A stretch of DNA of 64,000 nt from Acidobacteriaceae bacterium (GCA_019244055.1 JAFATG010000082.1:8885-72884), one strand, 5' to 3'; shown: positions 16,678 to 27,547, numbered from the stretch's first letter. Notes: a model not told the origin generated them from the sequence alone. Numbers and translations are program-made.

Positions 16678-17985
16678 TTAAATGCTATGGAAGCCGGCGC
16701 GCCGCAGACCGCGCTGGGCTTCCGGACTCTGCATGAACGTATACCAAACGAATCCGGTTCGCAGGTTCTCAGCCATGAGCATGCTGATGCCGGTATCGAT
16801 TCCGATAACGTCGGTGTCATACCAATTGGTCAACGGATTGAAGGCGTTGACGAAACCGTACTTGGTCCAGGTCCGATCGCCATAACGGTTCTTGATATTC
16901 TTCAGGACGCGCAAGGTCCCCTCAGGCATAAAAGGAAGCGAGCCCGCAGAGGCGCTGGGAACGACAGTGCCATCGATCGGGCCCATTTCAGGTGGGCCAC
17001 CCCAGGCGACGTAACCGTATTCCGAGTCAGAGGCAGTGATGCCCCAGAGGTCATCGCTGTAATCGGGAAATCGTTTGCTGAGTTCCAGGCAAAAGCGCCG
17101 GTGCACTTCGGTGGCGGTCATGGAATTCTTGAAGTAGTCCGCGTACTTGTCCCGTTTACCGCGGAAATCGAACCACGCCTGCGAATACTGGTGAACGAAT
17201 AAAGGTGCAAACGAACCGATGTAGCGTAGCCCTTCGTAATCGAATACAACGCGCTTCCATGCGTCCCAGGTTTGGGGCGGTAATGGATGCGCCAGAGATC
17301 CGAGCCCAAGCAAATACATCATCATCAGCTCGCTATACAGATCCCAGCGGTACGGAAGGAATCCGATCTCCGGAGCCCATCCCTGTGGAAGTAGCGAGGT
17401 GTCCTCTGTGAGCCATGTCCACTCCACGCGGTTGAAAATATCTAGCGCCAGAGCGCTGATCTCTGACCGCCGAAAATGCTGCCGGCAGGTGAGGATTCCG
17501 CAGAGCAAGATAGCAGTATCGATTGAAGAGATCTCTGATTCCCAGATCCGCTCGCCGGTGCGCGGATTGGCGAAGTGATAGAAAAAACCGCGGTGGTTGG
17601 GCATTTGCGTCCAAAGAAACCGCAACGTAGTGAGCACGCGCTGGCGAGCGTCGGCCAAGGAAATGTAACCTCGCTGATGGCCTATACACATGGCCGTCAG
17701 ACCGAAGCCGGTCGCGGCGATGCTGCCTGCAGTCGTACGGTTTTCGTCCTGGAGGTTACAGCGATCCTTTACCAGCCCGGTTTGGGAATCAGCCTGATCC
17801 CAAAAATACTGGAAGGCCCCTTTTTCCATCTGCTCGAGAAGGCTGTCGTCTTCCGGCGAAAGTTGGGTCAAGCTGAATTCAGGCGAGACTTGGGAAGTAG
17901 GTGCGGGACTCACGAGGGATGCGGCGCCGGCTCCTAGGATGGTTTCGAATAGCGCCCGGCGGGACAAGAGTCGAGATGCAGGCAC
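16678..17985 (-). CDS. Glucoamylase-family protein (GH144-like putative beta-1,2-glucanase), Tat-exported
   Basis: Starts at GTG. Carries the Tat motif LSRRALFETILGAGAA. Family-type stretches are present: GLVKDRCN...GSIAATGFGLTAMCIGHQRGYIS and HRGFFYHFANPRTGERIWESEISSIDTAILLCGIL. Confidence 0.7.
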   Translation of the reverse strand: MPASRLLSRRALFETILGAGAASLVSPAPTSQVSPEFSLTQLSPEDDSLLEQMEKGAFQYFWDQADSQTGLVKDRCNLQDENRTTAGSIAATGFGLTAMCIGHQRGYISLADARQRVLTTLRFLWTQMPNHRGFFYHFANPRTGERIWESEISSIDTAILLCGILTCRQHFRRSEISALALDIFNRVEWTWLTEDTSLLPQGWAPEIGFLPYRWDLYSELMMMYLLGLGSLAHPLPPQTWDAWKRVVFDYEGLRYIGSFAPLFVHQYSQAWFDFRGKRDKYADYFKNSMTATEVHRRFCLELSKRFPDYSDDLWGITASDSEYGYVAWGGPPEMGPIDGTVVPSASAGSLPFMPEGTLRVLKNIKNRYGDRTWTKYGFVNAFNPLTNWYDTDVIGIDTGISMLMAENLRTGFVWYTFMQSPEAQRGLRRAGFHSI

Positions 17986-18030
17986 GAACAGTAAGTAGAC
18001 TACCGCACGTCATAGAATTTGACTGACGAG

Positions 18031-19032
18031 ATGGCCAACAGGACGATTTTGGCGATTAGCTTAGTGATAATTGCGGTGATGATCGCGGGTATCGCCGTTT
18101 TCTTTACCCGTCCCTCTACCAGGCGATCGAAACCCACGGAACTGAAAAGCGTGACCGGCGTCGTTCTTGTTCAGAGCGCGGACCCGAGAAAACAGGCGCC
18201 CGTCGCCAACGCTCAGATTCAGGCCATGGTCGAGGGTACGGAGGTGGACGCGCGATCCGATTCTTCTGGTCTATTTAGATTGGCCTTCACTAAAGGCATT
18301 GAGGTGGGCAAACCGTTCTCGATGACCGTCCAGCATGCGAGTTACGAACCAGCTCAGTTGACAGGCCAAGTGGGGGACCAGATTTTCATGGTGTGGTTGC
18401 CGCCCATCGTCGAGGCGGCCGTGTCTACTGGTCCGGAAATATTGATCGCGAATCTGCGCGTCCGGTATTCGGTCAAGATGATGGGCGCCATCGATATCGC
18501 AACTTTCATCAAGCCGTTTGAAGTGGTCAATAAAGGCAATGTCCCGTGCAAAGAGCACTCGTTGTGCTCGCCCGATGGCAAGTGGGCTGCGGCAAGGCTT
18601 GCCGAAACTGTTGATGCCGGCGAGGGGAATGAATTTCGCAGCGTTCGGCTGTCGTGTATCGCTGGGCCTTGTCCGTTCACGCGTATCGAATCACAGAATT
18701 ACATCGCCCGCGGCCAGAAACTGGAGATTTCCATCTTAAATTGGTCGGACACAACCACCTTTCTTCTCGAGGCTGAGGTCAGCCGCAGGACTGCGAACAA
18801 TATCATCCATCTGGCCTACCCGGCTGTTTTCGGGCGAACCCTGAGTTTCACCCTGCCCGTGGGCTCCGAAGGGCCCAGCATTGAAGCCGAAGTGAACGGG
18901 GCAGATATTGTGTTTCCGCTAGGGCCGGATCTAATTCTCGATTGGGGCGTGTGCACAGGTACCGCCAACGGACCCCAAGGAGAACTGATCCAATGCAATC
19001 TGAAACCCGGGTACGCGTTCAAGCAGCAGTGA
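18031..19032 (+). CDS. Membrane-anchored hypothetical protein with a carboxypeptidase-regulatory-like beta domain
   Basis: ATG 18031 (MANRT) lies downstream of the track start TTG 18019. One N-terminal TM helix (ILAISLVIIAVMIAGIAVFF) is followed by VTGVVLVQS...ANAQIQAMVEGTEVDARSDSSGLFRLAF, which is typical of CarboxypepD_reg-like folds. The rest is unassigned. Confidence 0.6.
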   Translation: MANRTILAISLVIIAVMIAGIAVFFTRPSTRRSKPTELKSVTGVVLVQSADPRKQAPVANAQIQAMVEGTEVDARSDSSGLFRLAFTKGIEVGKPFSMTVQHASYEPAQLTGQVGDQIFMVWLPPIVEAAVSTGPEILIANLRVRYSVKMMGAIDIATFIKPFEVVNKGNVPCKEHSLCSPDGKWAAARLAETVDAGEGNEFRSVRLSCIAGPCPFTRIESQNYIARGQKLEISILNWSDTTTFLLEAEVSRRTANNIIHLAYPAVFGRTLSFTLPVGSEGPSIEAEVNGADIVFPLGPDLILDWGVCTGTANGPQGELIQCNLKPGYAFKQQ

Positions 19033-19059
19033 AGCGCTCATCAATCGCCGAGACCCGAG

Positions 19060-20223
19060 TTATTCTTCGACTTCTTTCGTTTCTTTTGCAGGGACGACCC
19101 GGACCCGTTCGCCGTTGACCAGCGAATCGGGAGGATTCAGAATCACTAGGGCGTCATCTGAAAGCCCTGCGAGCACTTCGATCGTCCTGCCGAAATCGCG
19201 GCCTACCTGGACGGGCAGCAGGGCTACCCGATTATTTTTCACCACCGGCACGCGCAGACCCTCCGAGCGAAAGACCAAAGACGTCGACGGAATGATGAGC
19301 GTGCTGCCATTCGAGTGAATCTTGAAGTGAACCTCTGTGTAGGCGCCGGGAAATAGCAAACCGCTGCTATTGTTCACGTCGACTTCGACTAGCAGTGTGC
19401 GAGTATTCGGGTCCATGGCATCCGCCGTGCGGACGAGCTTGCCCTGGAACCTGCGGTTAGGTAGGTCCGGCACTGTGAGGTCTGCAAGTATGCCGGGCCG
19501 CGCTGCATGCGCATAAATCTGCGGGACGTTCGTGAAAACGCGAAGCTTGTCCACGGTCGCAATGTGAAAGAGCTCTCGTCCGGGACCTCCGGAGGATCCG
19601 GAATCGATCAATTGTCCGATATCCGTATTGCGCGCCGTGATAACACCATCGAACGGCGCATAGATCCTCTCGAAATCCACCATCTGTTGAAGTCGGGCGA
19701 CATTCGCCTGAGCCGATTTGACAATGGCGGCCTTAGCTGCGGCATCCTGAACAGCGTTGTCAACTTCCTGCTTAGCAACAGAATCCGTTTTGAACAGGTC
19801 CGTATACCTGACTGCGGTAATCTGCGCGAGCTTCAGGTTGGCTTGTGCCGTCGACAAGTCCTCTTTCGCCTGAGCGAGCTGCTGGTCGACTTCGGGGCTC
19901 TCAATAAGCGCAAGAGGCTCACCCTTCTTTACGTGCGCGCCGATGTCGTGATACCAAGCTTTCAGATAGCCGTTCGTTCGGGCATAAATCGGAGAGTCGA
20001 TAAAAGCCTGCATGTTGCCTGGTAGAACAACTTCCTCGGCGGGATTCGAGCGATTGGGACGACTCACGACAACCACTGGCTCAGCGGAGTACTCGGTCTG
20101 CTGGCGAAGCAGTTTGCGCTCCCGGATCCGCGGCAGGATTCCGGCCGCCACAATCACCGCTACTACCGCCAGAACGAGGAGCAAGCCCAGCGCAGTGCGG
20201 ACGCGGGAAAACTTGCTATTCAT
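19060..20223 (-). CDS. Efflux RND transporter periplasmic adaptor (MFP/HlyD-like) subunit
   Basis: It has an N-terminal TM helix, a coiled-coil hairpin (DQQLAQAKEDLSTAQANLKLAQITAVRY ... AAKAAIVKSAQANVARLQ), and beta-barrel motifs (IYAPFDGVITARNTDIGQLI). It overlaps the RND permease gene by 4 nt. Confidence 0.88.
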   Translation of the reverse strand: MNSKFSRVRTALGLLLVLAVVAVIVAAGILPRIRERKLLRQQTEYSAEPVVVVSRPNRSNPAEEVVLPGNMQAFIDSPIYARTNGYLKAWYHDIGAHVKKGEPLALIESPEVDQQLAQAKEDLSTAQANLKLAQITAVRYTDLFKTDSVAKQEVDNAVQDAAAKAAIVKSAQANVARLQQMVDFERIYAPFDGVITARNTDIGQLIDSGSSGGPGRELFHIATVDKLRVFTNVPQIYAHAARPGILADLTVPDLPNRRFQGKLVRTADAMDPNTRTLLVEVDVNNSSGLLFPGAYTEVHFKIHSNGSTLIIPSTSLVFRSEGLRVPVVKNNRVALLPVQVGRDFGRTIEVLAGLSDDALVILNPPDSLVNGERVRVVPAKETKEVEE

Positions 20224-23200
20224 GCCGTCTTCCGCCTACGGTGCAGGAGGCTGAAGAAAACGGGTACAAAGAACAGGGTGGCAACGGTTGCGAACAGAAG
20301 GCCACCGATAACAGCACGGCCCAAGGGCGCATTCTGCTCGCTCCCTTCGCCGAGCCCAAGTGCCATAGGCAACATACCAATAATCATCGCGAGTGCTGTC
20401 ATGAGCACCGGCCGAAACCGCGTATAGCCGGCCAGTAGAGCGGCATCGGCCGCGCTATCCACATCCGGAAGTTGCTCTTTGGCGAAGCTCACCACCAAAA
20501 TGCTATTAGCCGTTGCAACGCCCATACACATGATGGAACCGGTAAGGGCCGGAACGCTGACCGTCGTATGCGTCAGAAAAAGAAACCAGACAATGCCGGC
20601 GAGCGCCGCCGGAAGGGCAGAAATGATGATGAACGGATCCAGCCAGGACTGGAAGTTAATCACGATAAGCATGTAGACAAGAATGATCGAAAAGCCGAGA
20701 CCGGCCAGCAGCCCCTCGAACGAAGAATGCATGGTATCGATCTGTCCACGCACTTTGATACTGGAGCCCCGCACCAGATATTTCGTGTCGGCGGCGACTA
20801 CTCGGTCGATTTGGCTCGAGACGCTGCCCAGATCCGTATCTTGAACCGATCCGTATATGTCAATTACCGGCGCAATGTTGTAGTGCGATACCGTCGCCAG
20901 CCCCGTTCCGCGCTGGAGAGTGGCCAGGCTCGCCAGGATTTGCGGCGCATTGTTGGTGCCGGTAGCAATCGGAATATTGCGCAGATCCTGCAGGGAGTCC
21001 ATGTCGTATTGGGGCGATTGCGCGGCGACGTTATAGCTCACGCCGGTCCTTGGATTCAACCAGAACGTCGGAGAAGTCTGGAAACTTCCGCTCAGGGCCA
21101 CTAGAATGTTACCTGCTATGTCGCGCGCCGTGTAACCAACCTGTTGCGCTTTGGTGCGATCCAGATTAATGAATAATTTGGGCTGATTAAAGGGCTGCTG
21201 GATGCGCAGGTCCGTCGTTCCCGGGATCAGCTTGATCTGTTGCAGAAGGCGGTCAGCGAACGCCCGATTTGCCTCGAGATTCCTGCCCACAATCTGAATG
21301 TCGATTGGGGCCGGCAAGCCGAAATTCAGGATTTGACTAACGAGATCTGCCGGCAGAAAGTAAAAGAGAACACCAGGGAACTGTTGCGGCAATCGCCGGC
21401 GAAGCTCGCGAACGTATTCATCTGTGGCGGAATGCTTTTCGGAGAGAGACACAAGAATGTCTCCATCAGCCGGACCAATCGTCCCATTGTTGCTGTATGA
21501 CGTATTCGTCCCGCTATAAGGGAGTCCTATATTGTCGAGAATGTTAACCAACTGATCTGGTGGTATGACCTCTCGAATGCTGTTTTCAACGAGGTCAAAA
21601 ATGCGAGCCGTTTCCTCAATGCGAGTCCCGGTGCGCGCGCGAACGTGCAGGCGAAATTGCCCGCTATCGGAAGAAGGGAAAAAGTCCTGCCCGAGCCAGG
21701 GGGCAAGAGCGAAGGATGCGACGCAGCACAAAAAGAAGATGCTAGCGAAGAGGCCCTTTCGCCTGATGCAACGTTCGAGCACATTGCGATAGCCCCCGCG
21801 TACCTTTTCGAATCCGTTTTCGAACATCAGTTGGATGCGCACGAAGGGGTTACGGAAATTTGCATGGGCTACGGCGTCGTGATGCGAATGCCCTTTGAGC
21901 AGGTACTTTGCGAGGGTAGGAACGATGGTTCGCGAAAGCACGTACGACGCAAGCATCGCGAAGGAAACCGCTTCGGCGAGAGGCACGAATAGGTAGCGAG
22001 CAACGCCGGTAAGAAAGAACATCGGAACGAAAACAATGCAGATGCAGAGCGTGGAGACGAAAGCCGGTACGGCAATTTGGGCCGCGCCGTCCAGAATCGC
22101 CTGTTCGATCTCTTTGCCCATTTCGAAATTGCGGTTGATGTTTTCGATTTCGACAGTGGCGTCGTCAACCAGAATTCCGACCGCCAGCGCCAGTCCGCCC
22201 AGCGTCATGATGTTGATCGTTTCGCCCAGGGCGCTCAGCGCGAAAATCGAGCACAGAATGGAAAGTGGAATAGAAATAGCAATAATCAGCGTGCTTCGCC
22301 AACTGCCAAGGAAAACCAGGATCATAATCGCCGTCAGGCAGGCGGCAATCACAGCTTCGCGAACCACGGCGCTGATAGAGGCGCGAACGAAGATCGACTG
22401 ATCCGCGATTGGGGTGATCCGCAATTCCGGTGGCAGCGTGCCTGCGATTGAAGGCAGTAATTTCCGGATGCCGGCAATAATGTCAAGCGTGGATACGTCG
22501 CCGGATTTCAGAATGGTCATGAGCGACCCGCGCTGTCCGTCGGAGCGGACAAGGTTCGTCTGCGGGGGGTAACCGTCCCGTACATGGGCTACGTCCCGGA
22601 TGTAAATGGTCGCTCCATTCTGAGTCCGGATGGGCAGGTTATTGAGTTCCGCCACGCTCTTGGGACTTCCGTTGATCTGAACCTCATACTCGAGCGTGCC
22701 GATCTTTGAGCTGCCGCCCGGAAGAATCAGATTTTGATCCCCAATCGCATTCACTACATCGGAGGGCCCGAGGCGCTTCGCCTGAAGAGCCTGCGTGTTG
22801 AGATCCACCATGATCTCGCGCTGCTTGCCGCCGTAAGAGTATGGGACCGCTGTTCCAGGAATGGTGACGAGCTGCGTGCGAATGAAGTTCTGGCCCAAGT
22901 CGTTGAGCTGCTGCTCGGTCAGGCCGCGCCCAGATAGCGCGAGTTGCACGATAGGGACTGTGGACGCGTTGTAGCTGATGATGAGCGGCGGAGTGGTGCC
23001 GGGCGGCAGTCCTTTCAATTGTGTTTGGCAAATGGCGGTGACCTGCGCGATACCGGCGTAAAGGTTTGCATGCGGCTGGAAGAATACTTTGACAACGCCG
23101 ATCCCGTTCATCGACTGCGATTCGATGTGCTCTATGTTGTTGACCGTTGTGGTCAGGGACCGCTCGTTAATGTAGACGATCCGGTCTGACATCTCCTCCG

Positions 23201-23366
23201 CCGAGAGCCCGGTGTATTGCCAAACAATGCTGACCACGGGAATATCGATGTTCGGGAAAATATCCGTCGGCGTCCGCGATATAACGACGGGCGCGAGGAT
23301 GAACAGCATTAGCGACAGAACGACAAACGTGTACGGTCGCCGCAACGCCAGGCGAACGATCCACAT
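20220..23366 (-). CDS. Efflux RND transporter permease subunit (AcrB/HAE-type, 12 TM)
   Basis: 1048 aa. The N-terminus is MWIVRLALRRPYTFVVLSLMLFILAPVVISRTPTDIFPNIDIPVVSIVWQYTGLSAEEM. Typical TM4 and TM10 regions are present (GGLALAVGILVDDATVEIENI). Confidence 0.92.
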   Translation of the reverse strand: MWIVRLALRRPYTFVVLSLMLFILAPVVISRTPTDIFPNIDIPVVSIVWQYTGLSAEEMSDRIVYINERSLTTTVNNIEHIESQSMNGIGVVKVFFQPHANLYAGIAQVTAICQTQLKGLPPGTTPPLIISYNASTVPIVQLALSGRGLTEQQLNDLGQNFIRTQLVTIPGTAVPYSYGGKQREIMVDLNTQALQAKRLGPSDVVNAIGDQNLILPGGSSKIGTLEYEVQINGSPKSVAELNNLPIRTQNGATIYIRDVAHVRDGYPPQTNLVRSDGQRGSLMTILKSGDVSTLDIIAGIRKLLPSIAGTLPPELRITPIADQSIFVRASISAVVREAVIAACLTAIMILVFLGSWRSTLIIAISIPLSILCSIFALSALGETINIMTLGGLALAVGILVDDATVEIENINRNFEMGKEIEQAILDGAAQIAVPAFVSTLCICIVFVPMFFLTGVARYLFVPLAEAVSFAMLASYVLSRTIVPTLAKYLLKGHSHHDAVAHANFRNPFVRIQLMFENGFEKVRGGYRNVLERCIRRKGLFASIFFLCCVASFALAPWLGQDFFPSSDSGQFRLHVRARTGTRIEETARIFDLVENSIREVIPPDQLVNILDNIGLPYSGTNTSYSNNGTIGPADGDILVSLSEKHSATDEYVRELRRRLPQQFPGVLFYFLPADLVSQILNFGLPAPIDIQIVGRNLEANRAFADRLLQQIKLIPGTTDLRIQQPFNQPKLFINLDRTKAQQVGYTARDIAGNILVALSGSFQTSPTFWLNPRTGVSYNVAAQSPQYDMDSLQDLRNIPIATGTNNAPQILASLATLQRGTGLATVSHYNIAPVIDIYGSVQDTDLGSVSSQIDRVVAADTKYLVRGSSIKVRGQIDTMHSSFEGLLAGLGFSIILVYMLIVINFQSWLDPFIIISALPAALAGIVWFLFLTHTTVSVPALTGSIMCMGVATANSILVVSFAKEQLPDVDSAADAALLAGYTRFRPVLMTALAMIIGMLPMALGLGEGSEQNAPLGRAVIGGLLFATVATLFFVPVFFSLLHRRRKTA

Positions 23367-23516
23367 ATAGACTCCCTAAGCTCTCGTGGAAAAAGAATCC
23401 GAACAGCCGTATTTAGGACAGCAAAGAATCGGGTTGCGACCCTTGGGCAATTTCAACGATCTACTGCATAATTATCGCCTAGCAGTCTTTCAGGCCGAAT
23501 CAAGATGCGCCTGAAG

Positions 23517-24152
23517 TCAGGAATGCGCCGGCTGGGGTTTGCCGGCCTCTCGCGGACCGGCCCGGCCTTTACGCCACCAATTGACGATAGAAAGAACACT
23601 GCCCGCCATGCACAGAAAGATAAACGCGATCATGACCCATTTGAAAGTCTCAGTCTTGGCAATGCGCAGAATTGCGGGTCCGAATTTCATGGCCAGGTAT
23701 CCGAGAAGCAGGAATCTACTTCCTCGGCTGAGAAACACCAGTGGAAATAGCTTCTTCCGCGGATACGCGAGCGCGCAATTTATAGCGATGACCATTGTGA
23801 ACGGGAACGGCGGGGGAGCCAGACAGGCAACCACCAGCGCCAATGCGCCTTTCTTGCTGATCTTTTTGTGCAGGTAGTTGAACCGCCTCTCTCCGGCAAC
23901 CCTCTTTAGACCTTCTTCACCGGCACGGCGCGCAATCAGATCTAGCAGCGCCACGCCCGCCGCCGAGCCCCATGCCGCCGACAACACGTACAAGAGATAT
24001 CCCTCATGGTGACGCGCCACCAGGCCGACCACGAGCAGGTCATTGCCAAACGGTACGAAGAGCAGCGAAGAATCCAGGATCCCCATCACAAATGGGCCGA
24101 AGTAGCCCAGGTGCATGAGGATGCGCAGCAGGTGATGAAAGAACGTCGACAA
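23517..24152 (-). CDS. DedA/YqaA-type (VTT/SNARE-associated) membrane protein
   Basis: Contains GYFGPFVMGILDSSLLFVPFGNDLLVV plus several more TM helices and a basic C-tail. The track start is TTG 24152; the alternative is ATG 24116. Confidence 0.65.
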   Translation of the reverse strand: MSTFFHHLLRILMHLGYFGPFVMGILDSSLLFVPFGNDLLVVGLVARHHEGYLLYVLSAAWGSAAGVALLDLIARRAGEEGLKRVAGERRFNYLHKKISKKGALALVVACLAPPPFPFTMVIAINCALAYPRKKLFPLVFLSRGSRFLLLGYLAMKFGPAILRIAKTETFKWVMIAFIFLCMAGSVLSIVNWWRKGRAGPREAGKPQPAHS

Positions 24153-24256
24153 ATGCAGCCTTTACCCGGAGTCAACTCAAAGATAACCTTGCGCTCTGTA
24201 AGATGCGAGATGTTCTCGAACGTTGCTGTGATAGCTTTTCGATGTTTGGAGATTCT

Positions 24257-25135
24257 ATGGAAAATTCACGCAGAAGTGTTTTGCTCGGCGCTCTAGGCGC
24301 GGCTCTGATGCCGTTGGCCTCGCCCGCAGGCGCCCGGGGCCAAACGGGTCAGAATGAATCCCAACAACGTCCGAAGCTTCCGCCCGGCCGTGTGGCTCGC
24401 GTTCTCGTCGTATCTGAGACAAAAGGATTCGAGCATGATTCGATTCCGGACGCTATGGCCCATATCTGGCACATGGGGCATGAGACCAGGCTTTGGGAAA
24501 CGACGTTGCGCACCGACACTGAACTGATCACGAAGAAAGAGATCCCGGACCGTAACGTCAAGAACCTGAGCTATTTTGATGCTTTGATCTTCGCCAGCAC
24601 GACGGGTGAGCTGGATCTTACCGACGACCAAAAGTCCGACATGCTGTCCTTTATCAAGGACGACGGGAAGGGATTCGTCGGGATTCATGCTGCCGCGGAT
24701 ACAAACTATAAATGGCCTGAATACGGTGAGATGCTCGGCGGCTGGTTTGACCAGCACCCCTGGATGACTTTCGAGGCTCCGATCATCAACGAGGAACCGG
24801 ATTTCCCGGCTGTGCGCCACTTCCCACATGCCTTTACCAAGCGGGATGAAATCTACCAGATCAAGAATTGGTCGCGAGATAAACTTAACGTGCTGCTAAG
24901 CCTTGATCCTTCGAAGCTCGATTACAATAACCCGCGCGTTCATCGGACCGACCACGACTTCGCCGTTGCCTGGTCCAAAATGTACGGCAACGGCCGCGTG
25001 TTCTATTCGACTCTTGGGCATACCAAGGAAGCTTGGGATGATCCGGACATTCAGAAGATGTATTTCGAGGCGATCAGGTGGGTGCTACACATGACGGAAG
25101 GTTCCACCGAATCGCATGCGAGGCCAGGCGCATAG
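24257..25135 (+). CDS. ThuA-domain protein (trehalose-utilisation-like), Tat or Sec exported
   Basis: ATG 24257 (MENSRRSVLLGALGAALMPLASPAGA) is preferred over the upstream track start at 24203. ThuA motifs are present: GFVGIHAAADTNYKWPEYGEMLGGWF and FAVAWSKMYGNGRVFYSTLGH. Confidence 0.8.
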   Translation: MENSRRSVLLGALGAALMPLASPAGARGQTGQNESQQRPKLPPGRVARVLVVSETKGFEHDSIPDAMAHIWHMGHETRLWETTLRTDTELITKKEIPDRNVKNLSYFDALIFASTTGELDLTDDQKSDMLSFIKDDGKGFVGIHAAADTNYKWPEYGEMLGGWFDQHPWMTFEAPIINEEPDFPAVRHFPHAFTKRDEIYQIKNWSRDKLNVLLSLDPSKLDYNNPRVHRTDHDFAVAWSKMYGNGRVFYSTLGHTKEAWDDPDIQKMYFEAIRWVLHMTEGSTESHARPGA

Positions 25136-25156
25136 CGACCCGCAGCCAAGCAAAGC

Positions 25157-26218
25157 TTAGGTGATCCGGACGATATCGGAAGCGACCCGTTTCAACTGGC
25201 CACACGCGGCAAAGATATCCCGCCCGCGCGGCTTGCGGATAAAGCAAGGCACAGATCTCCGAATAATGCCTTGAAAGCTGGCAATGCGCTCAGGGTCCGG
25301 CGTTTCGTACGGTATGCCGGGCCCGGGATTCAATCCGATCAGGTTCACCTTGCAATTTAGGTGAGCGACCAACCGCACCACGCGTTTCGCGTCGTGATCC
25401 GAATCGTTGATGCCCTTTAGCAACACATACTCAAAGGTCAGCTTCTCCCAGGGCCGCAAAGGGTACGCCTTGCAGGCGGCCATTAGATCAGCCAAATGAT
25501 ATTTGCGCGTGATCGGCATCAGCTTACGGCGTTGCTCTTCCGTGGAAGCATTCAACGAAATCGCCAGCTTAGGTCGCACGGCGGCTCGGCCCAGTTCCTC
25601 CATCTTCGGCACGATACCGGAGGTGGACACGGTGATGCGTTTCTGAGATATGCCGATTCCGTCAGGGTCGGTAAGCAAGCGGTTGGCCTTCAGCACGTTT
25701 TCAAGGTTGAGCAGTGGCTCACCCATCCCCATCAGCACGACGTTCACTTGCGATGCGGTCGCCTTCAGCCCGTTGTCGTGGGCGATGCAAAGCACCTGGC
25801 CGACAATTTCGCCGGCTGTCAGATTGCGTTCCAAACCCATCAATGCGGTGAGACAAAACTTGCAATCGACCGGGCACCCGACTTGGCTCGAGATGCATAT
25901 CGTATCCCGCCCGGGCTCTGGCATGAGGACCGCTTCGATCGTCCGATTGTCTTCCAACCGAAGCAGATAACGGCGTGTTCCGTCGCTGGAATCGAATCGC
26001 TTTTCCACCCCGGGGAGGCCTATGGCAAATTTTGTAAGTAATTGTTTCTTAAAGCCTTGTGATAAAGTGCAAATATCCGACAAATTCGCCACTTGTTTCC
26101 GGTACAAAGCGTCATATAGTTGTCGGGCGCGGTAGGTGGGCTGCTCGGGGCCGAGCAGTTGTTGTAGGTCGGGAAGCTCCATTCCGACTAGCGTCTGGCC
26201 CTCAAGTACTTGCAGCAT
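25157..26218 (-). CDS. rlmN: 23S rRNA/tRNA (adenine-C2)-methyltransferase RlmN (radical SAM)
   Basis: Contains the radical-SAM cluster motif GCPVDCKFC, the stretch [11 protein letters not shown] near the N-terminus, MGMGEPLLN, and the C-terminal catalytic Cys context IFAACGQLK. Confidence 0.9.
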   Translation of the reverse strand: MLQVLEGQTLVGMELPDLQQLLGPEQPTYRARQLYDALYRKQVANLSDICTLSQGFKKQLLTKFAIGLPGVEKRFDSSDGTRRYLLRLEDNRTIEAVLMPEPGRDTICISSQVGCPVDCKFCLTALMGLERNLTAGEIVGQVLCIAHDNGLKATASQVNVVLMGMGEPLLNLENVLKANRLLTDPDGIGISQKRITVSTSGIVPKMEELGRAAVRPKLAISLNASTEEQRRKLMPITRKYHLADLMAACKAYPLRPWEKLTFEYVLLKGINDSDHDAKRVVRLVAHLNCKVNLIGLNPGPGIPYETPDPERIASFQGIIRRSVPCFIRKPRGRDIFAACGQLKRVASDIVRIT

Positions 26219-26260
26219 CTAGTGTTAGTGTATCGTCGTACACCCTGAAAGGCGTAATGA

Positions 26261-27547
26261 ATGGTTCTTGCTACCCCTCACGTTCGCGAAATTGAACGCG
26301 CGACCCTTCCCAATGGGATACGGATCGTTACGGAAGCAATGCCGTATGTGCGCTCGGTTTCTCTAGGCGTGTGGATTGGCACGGGATCCCGCATAGAACA
26401 CGGCCCGGAAAATGGAATCTCACATTTCATCGAGCACATGGTGTTCAAGGGCACTAGGAACCGCTCGGCCGAGGAGATCGCCCGCTCCGTCGATTCCGTC
26501 GGTGGCGGTCTGGATGCGTTCACTAGCAAGGAACTCGTGAGCTTCAACACGAAGGTCATGGACGAGCATCTCCCGCTGGCGCTGGACATTCTCGCAGACC
26601 TGGTGCTGAACCCTCTCTTCCGCCAGGAAGACATTGAGAAAGAAAAAGGCGTCATTCTCGAAGAGATCAAAATGGAGGCCGATCAACCCGAATTCGTCCT
26701 GCACGAGACTTTCATCAGTAACTTTTGGAAGGGTCATGGGCTTGGGAAGCCGATTCTCGGCACGAGAGAGACGGTCAAGAAATTCGCACGCGACATGCTC
26801 TGCGATTACTACAGCCGCGTTTATTCGCCCGGCAATATCCTGATTACGGCGGCCGGCAATCTGGATCACGATGAAATCGTCGGGCTGGTCCGCGACAAGT
26901 TCGAGGCCTTGGAAAACCGTGGTCCGGTTCCGCTAGATAGCACTCCTCGCACGCACGCCCCGCTTATCTTGAAAAAGAAGGAATCGCTTGAGCAGCTCCA
27001 CATAGCGATGGGTGTGCCGGCCTATCGTCTGGCTCATGAGCTACGGTTCCCTCTCTACGTTCTGAACACCGTTTTGGGCGGCGGAATGAGTTCCAGGCTC
27101 TTCCAGAATATTCGCGAAAAACAGGGTCTGGCTTACGCCGTTTACTCCGAACTGAATCTATTCAGCGATACCGGTTGCCTGACCGTCTACGCGGGAACCG
27201 CTATAGAAACCGCCAAACAAGTGGTGCATTCGGTGGTAAGCGAGTTCCGCCAGCTTAAAGATGCTTTCATCCTTGAAGACGAATTGCGGCGGGCGAAGGA
27301 CCATCTCAAGGGATCGTTGATGCTCAGTCTGGAATCGACCTCTAGCCGGATGTCGAATTTAGCTCGCCAGGAGCTTTATTTCGAGCGGTTCATGAGCCTC
27401 GACGAGATGATCGAAAGCATCGAGAGTGTTACATGCGAGCAAGTCCAGAGCATCGCGCGCGAGTTCTTTCAAACGGAAAATATCGCGTTGGCGATGCTGG
27501 GTCGGCTAAGCGAAATCGAAATCAGCCGTGATGATCTGGTTTGTTGA
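26261..27547 (+). CDS. M16-family (pitrilysin/insulinase-like) zinc peptidase
   Basis: Contains the inverted zinc motif HFIEHMVFKGT (HxxEH) and typical M16 N- and C-domain layout. 428 aa. Confidence 0.88.
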   Translation: MVLATPHVREIERATLPNGIRIVTEAMPYVRSVSLGVWIGTGSRIEHGPENGISHFIEHMVFKGTRNRSAEEIARSVDSVGGGLDAFTSKELVSFNTKVMDEHLPLALDILADLVLNPLFRQEDIEKEKGVILEEIKMEADQPEFVLHETFISNFWKGHGLGKPILGTRETVKKFARDMLCDYYSRVYSPGNILITAAGNLDHDEIVGLVRDKFEALENRGPVPLDSTPRTHAPLILKKKESLEQLHIAMGVPAYRLAHELRFPLYVLNTVLGGGMSSRLFQNIREKQGLAYAVYSELNLFSDTGCLTVYAGTAIETAKQVVHSVVSEFRQLKDAFILEDELRRAKDHLKGSLMLSLESTSSRMSNLARQELYFERFMSLDEMIESIESVTCEQVQSIAREFFQTENIALAMLGRLSEIEISRDDLVC

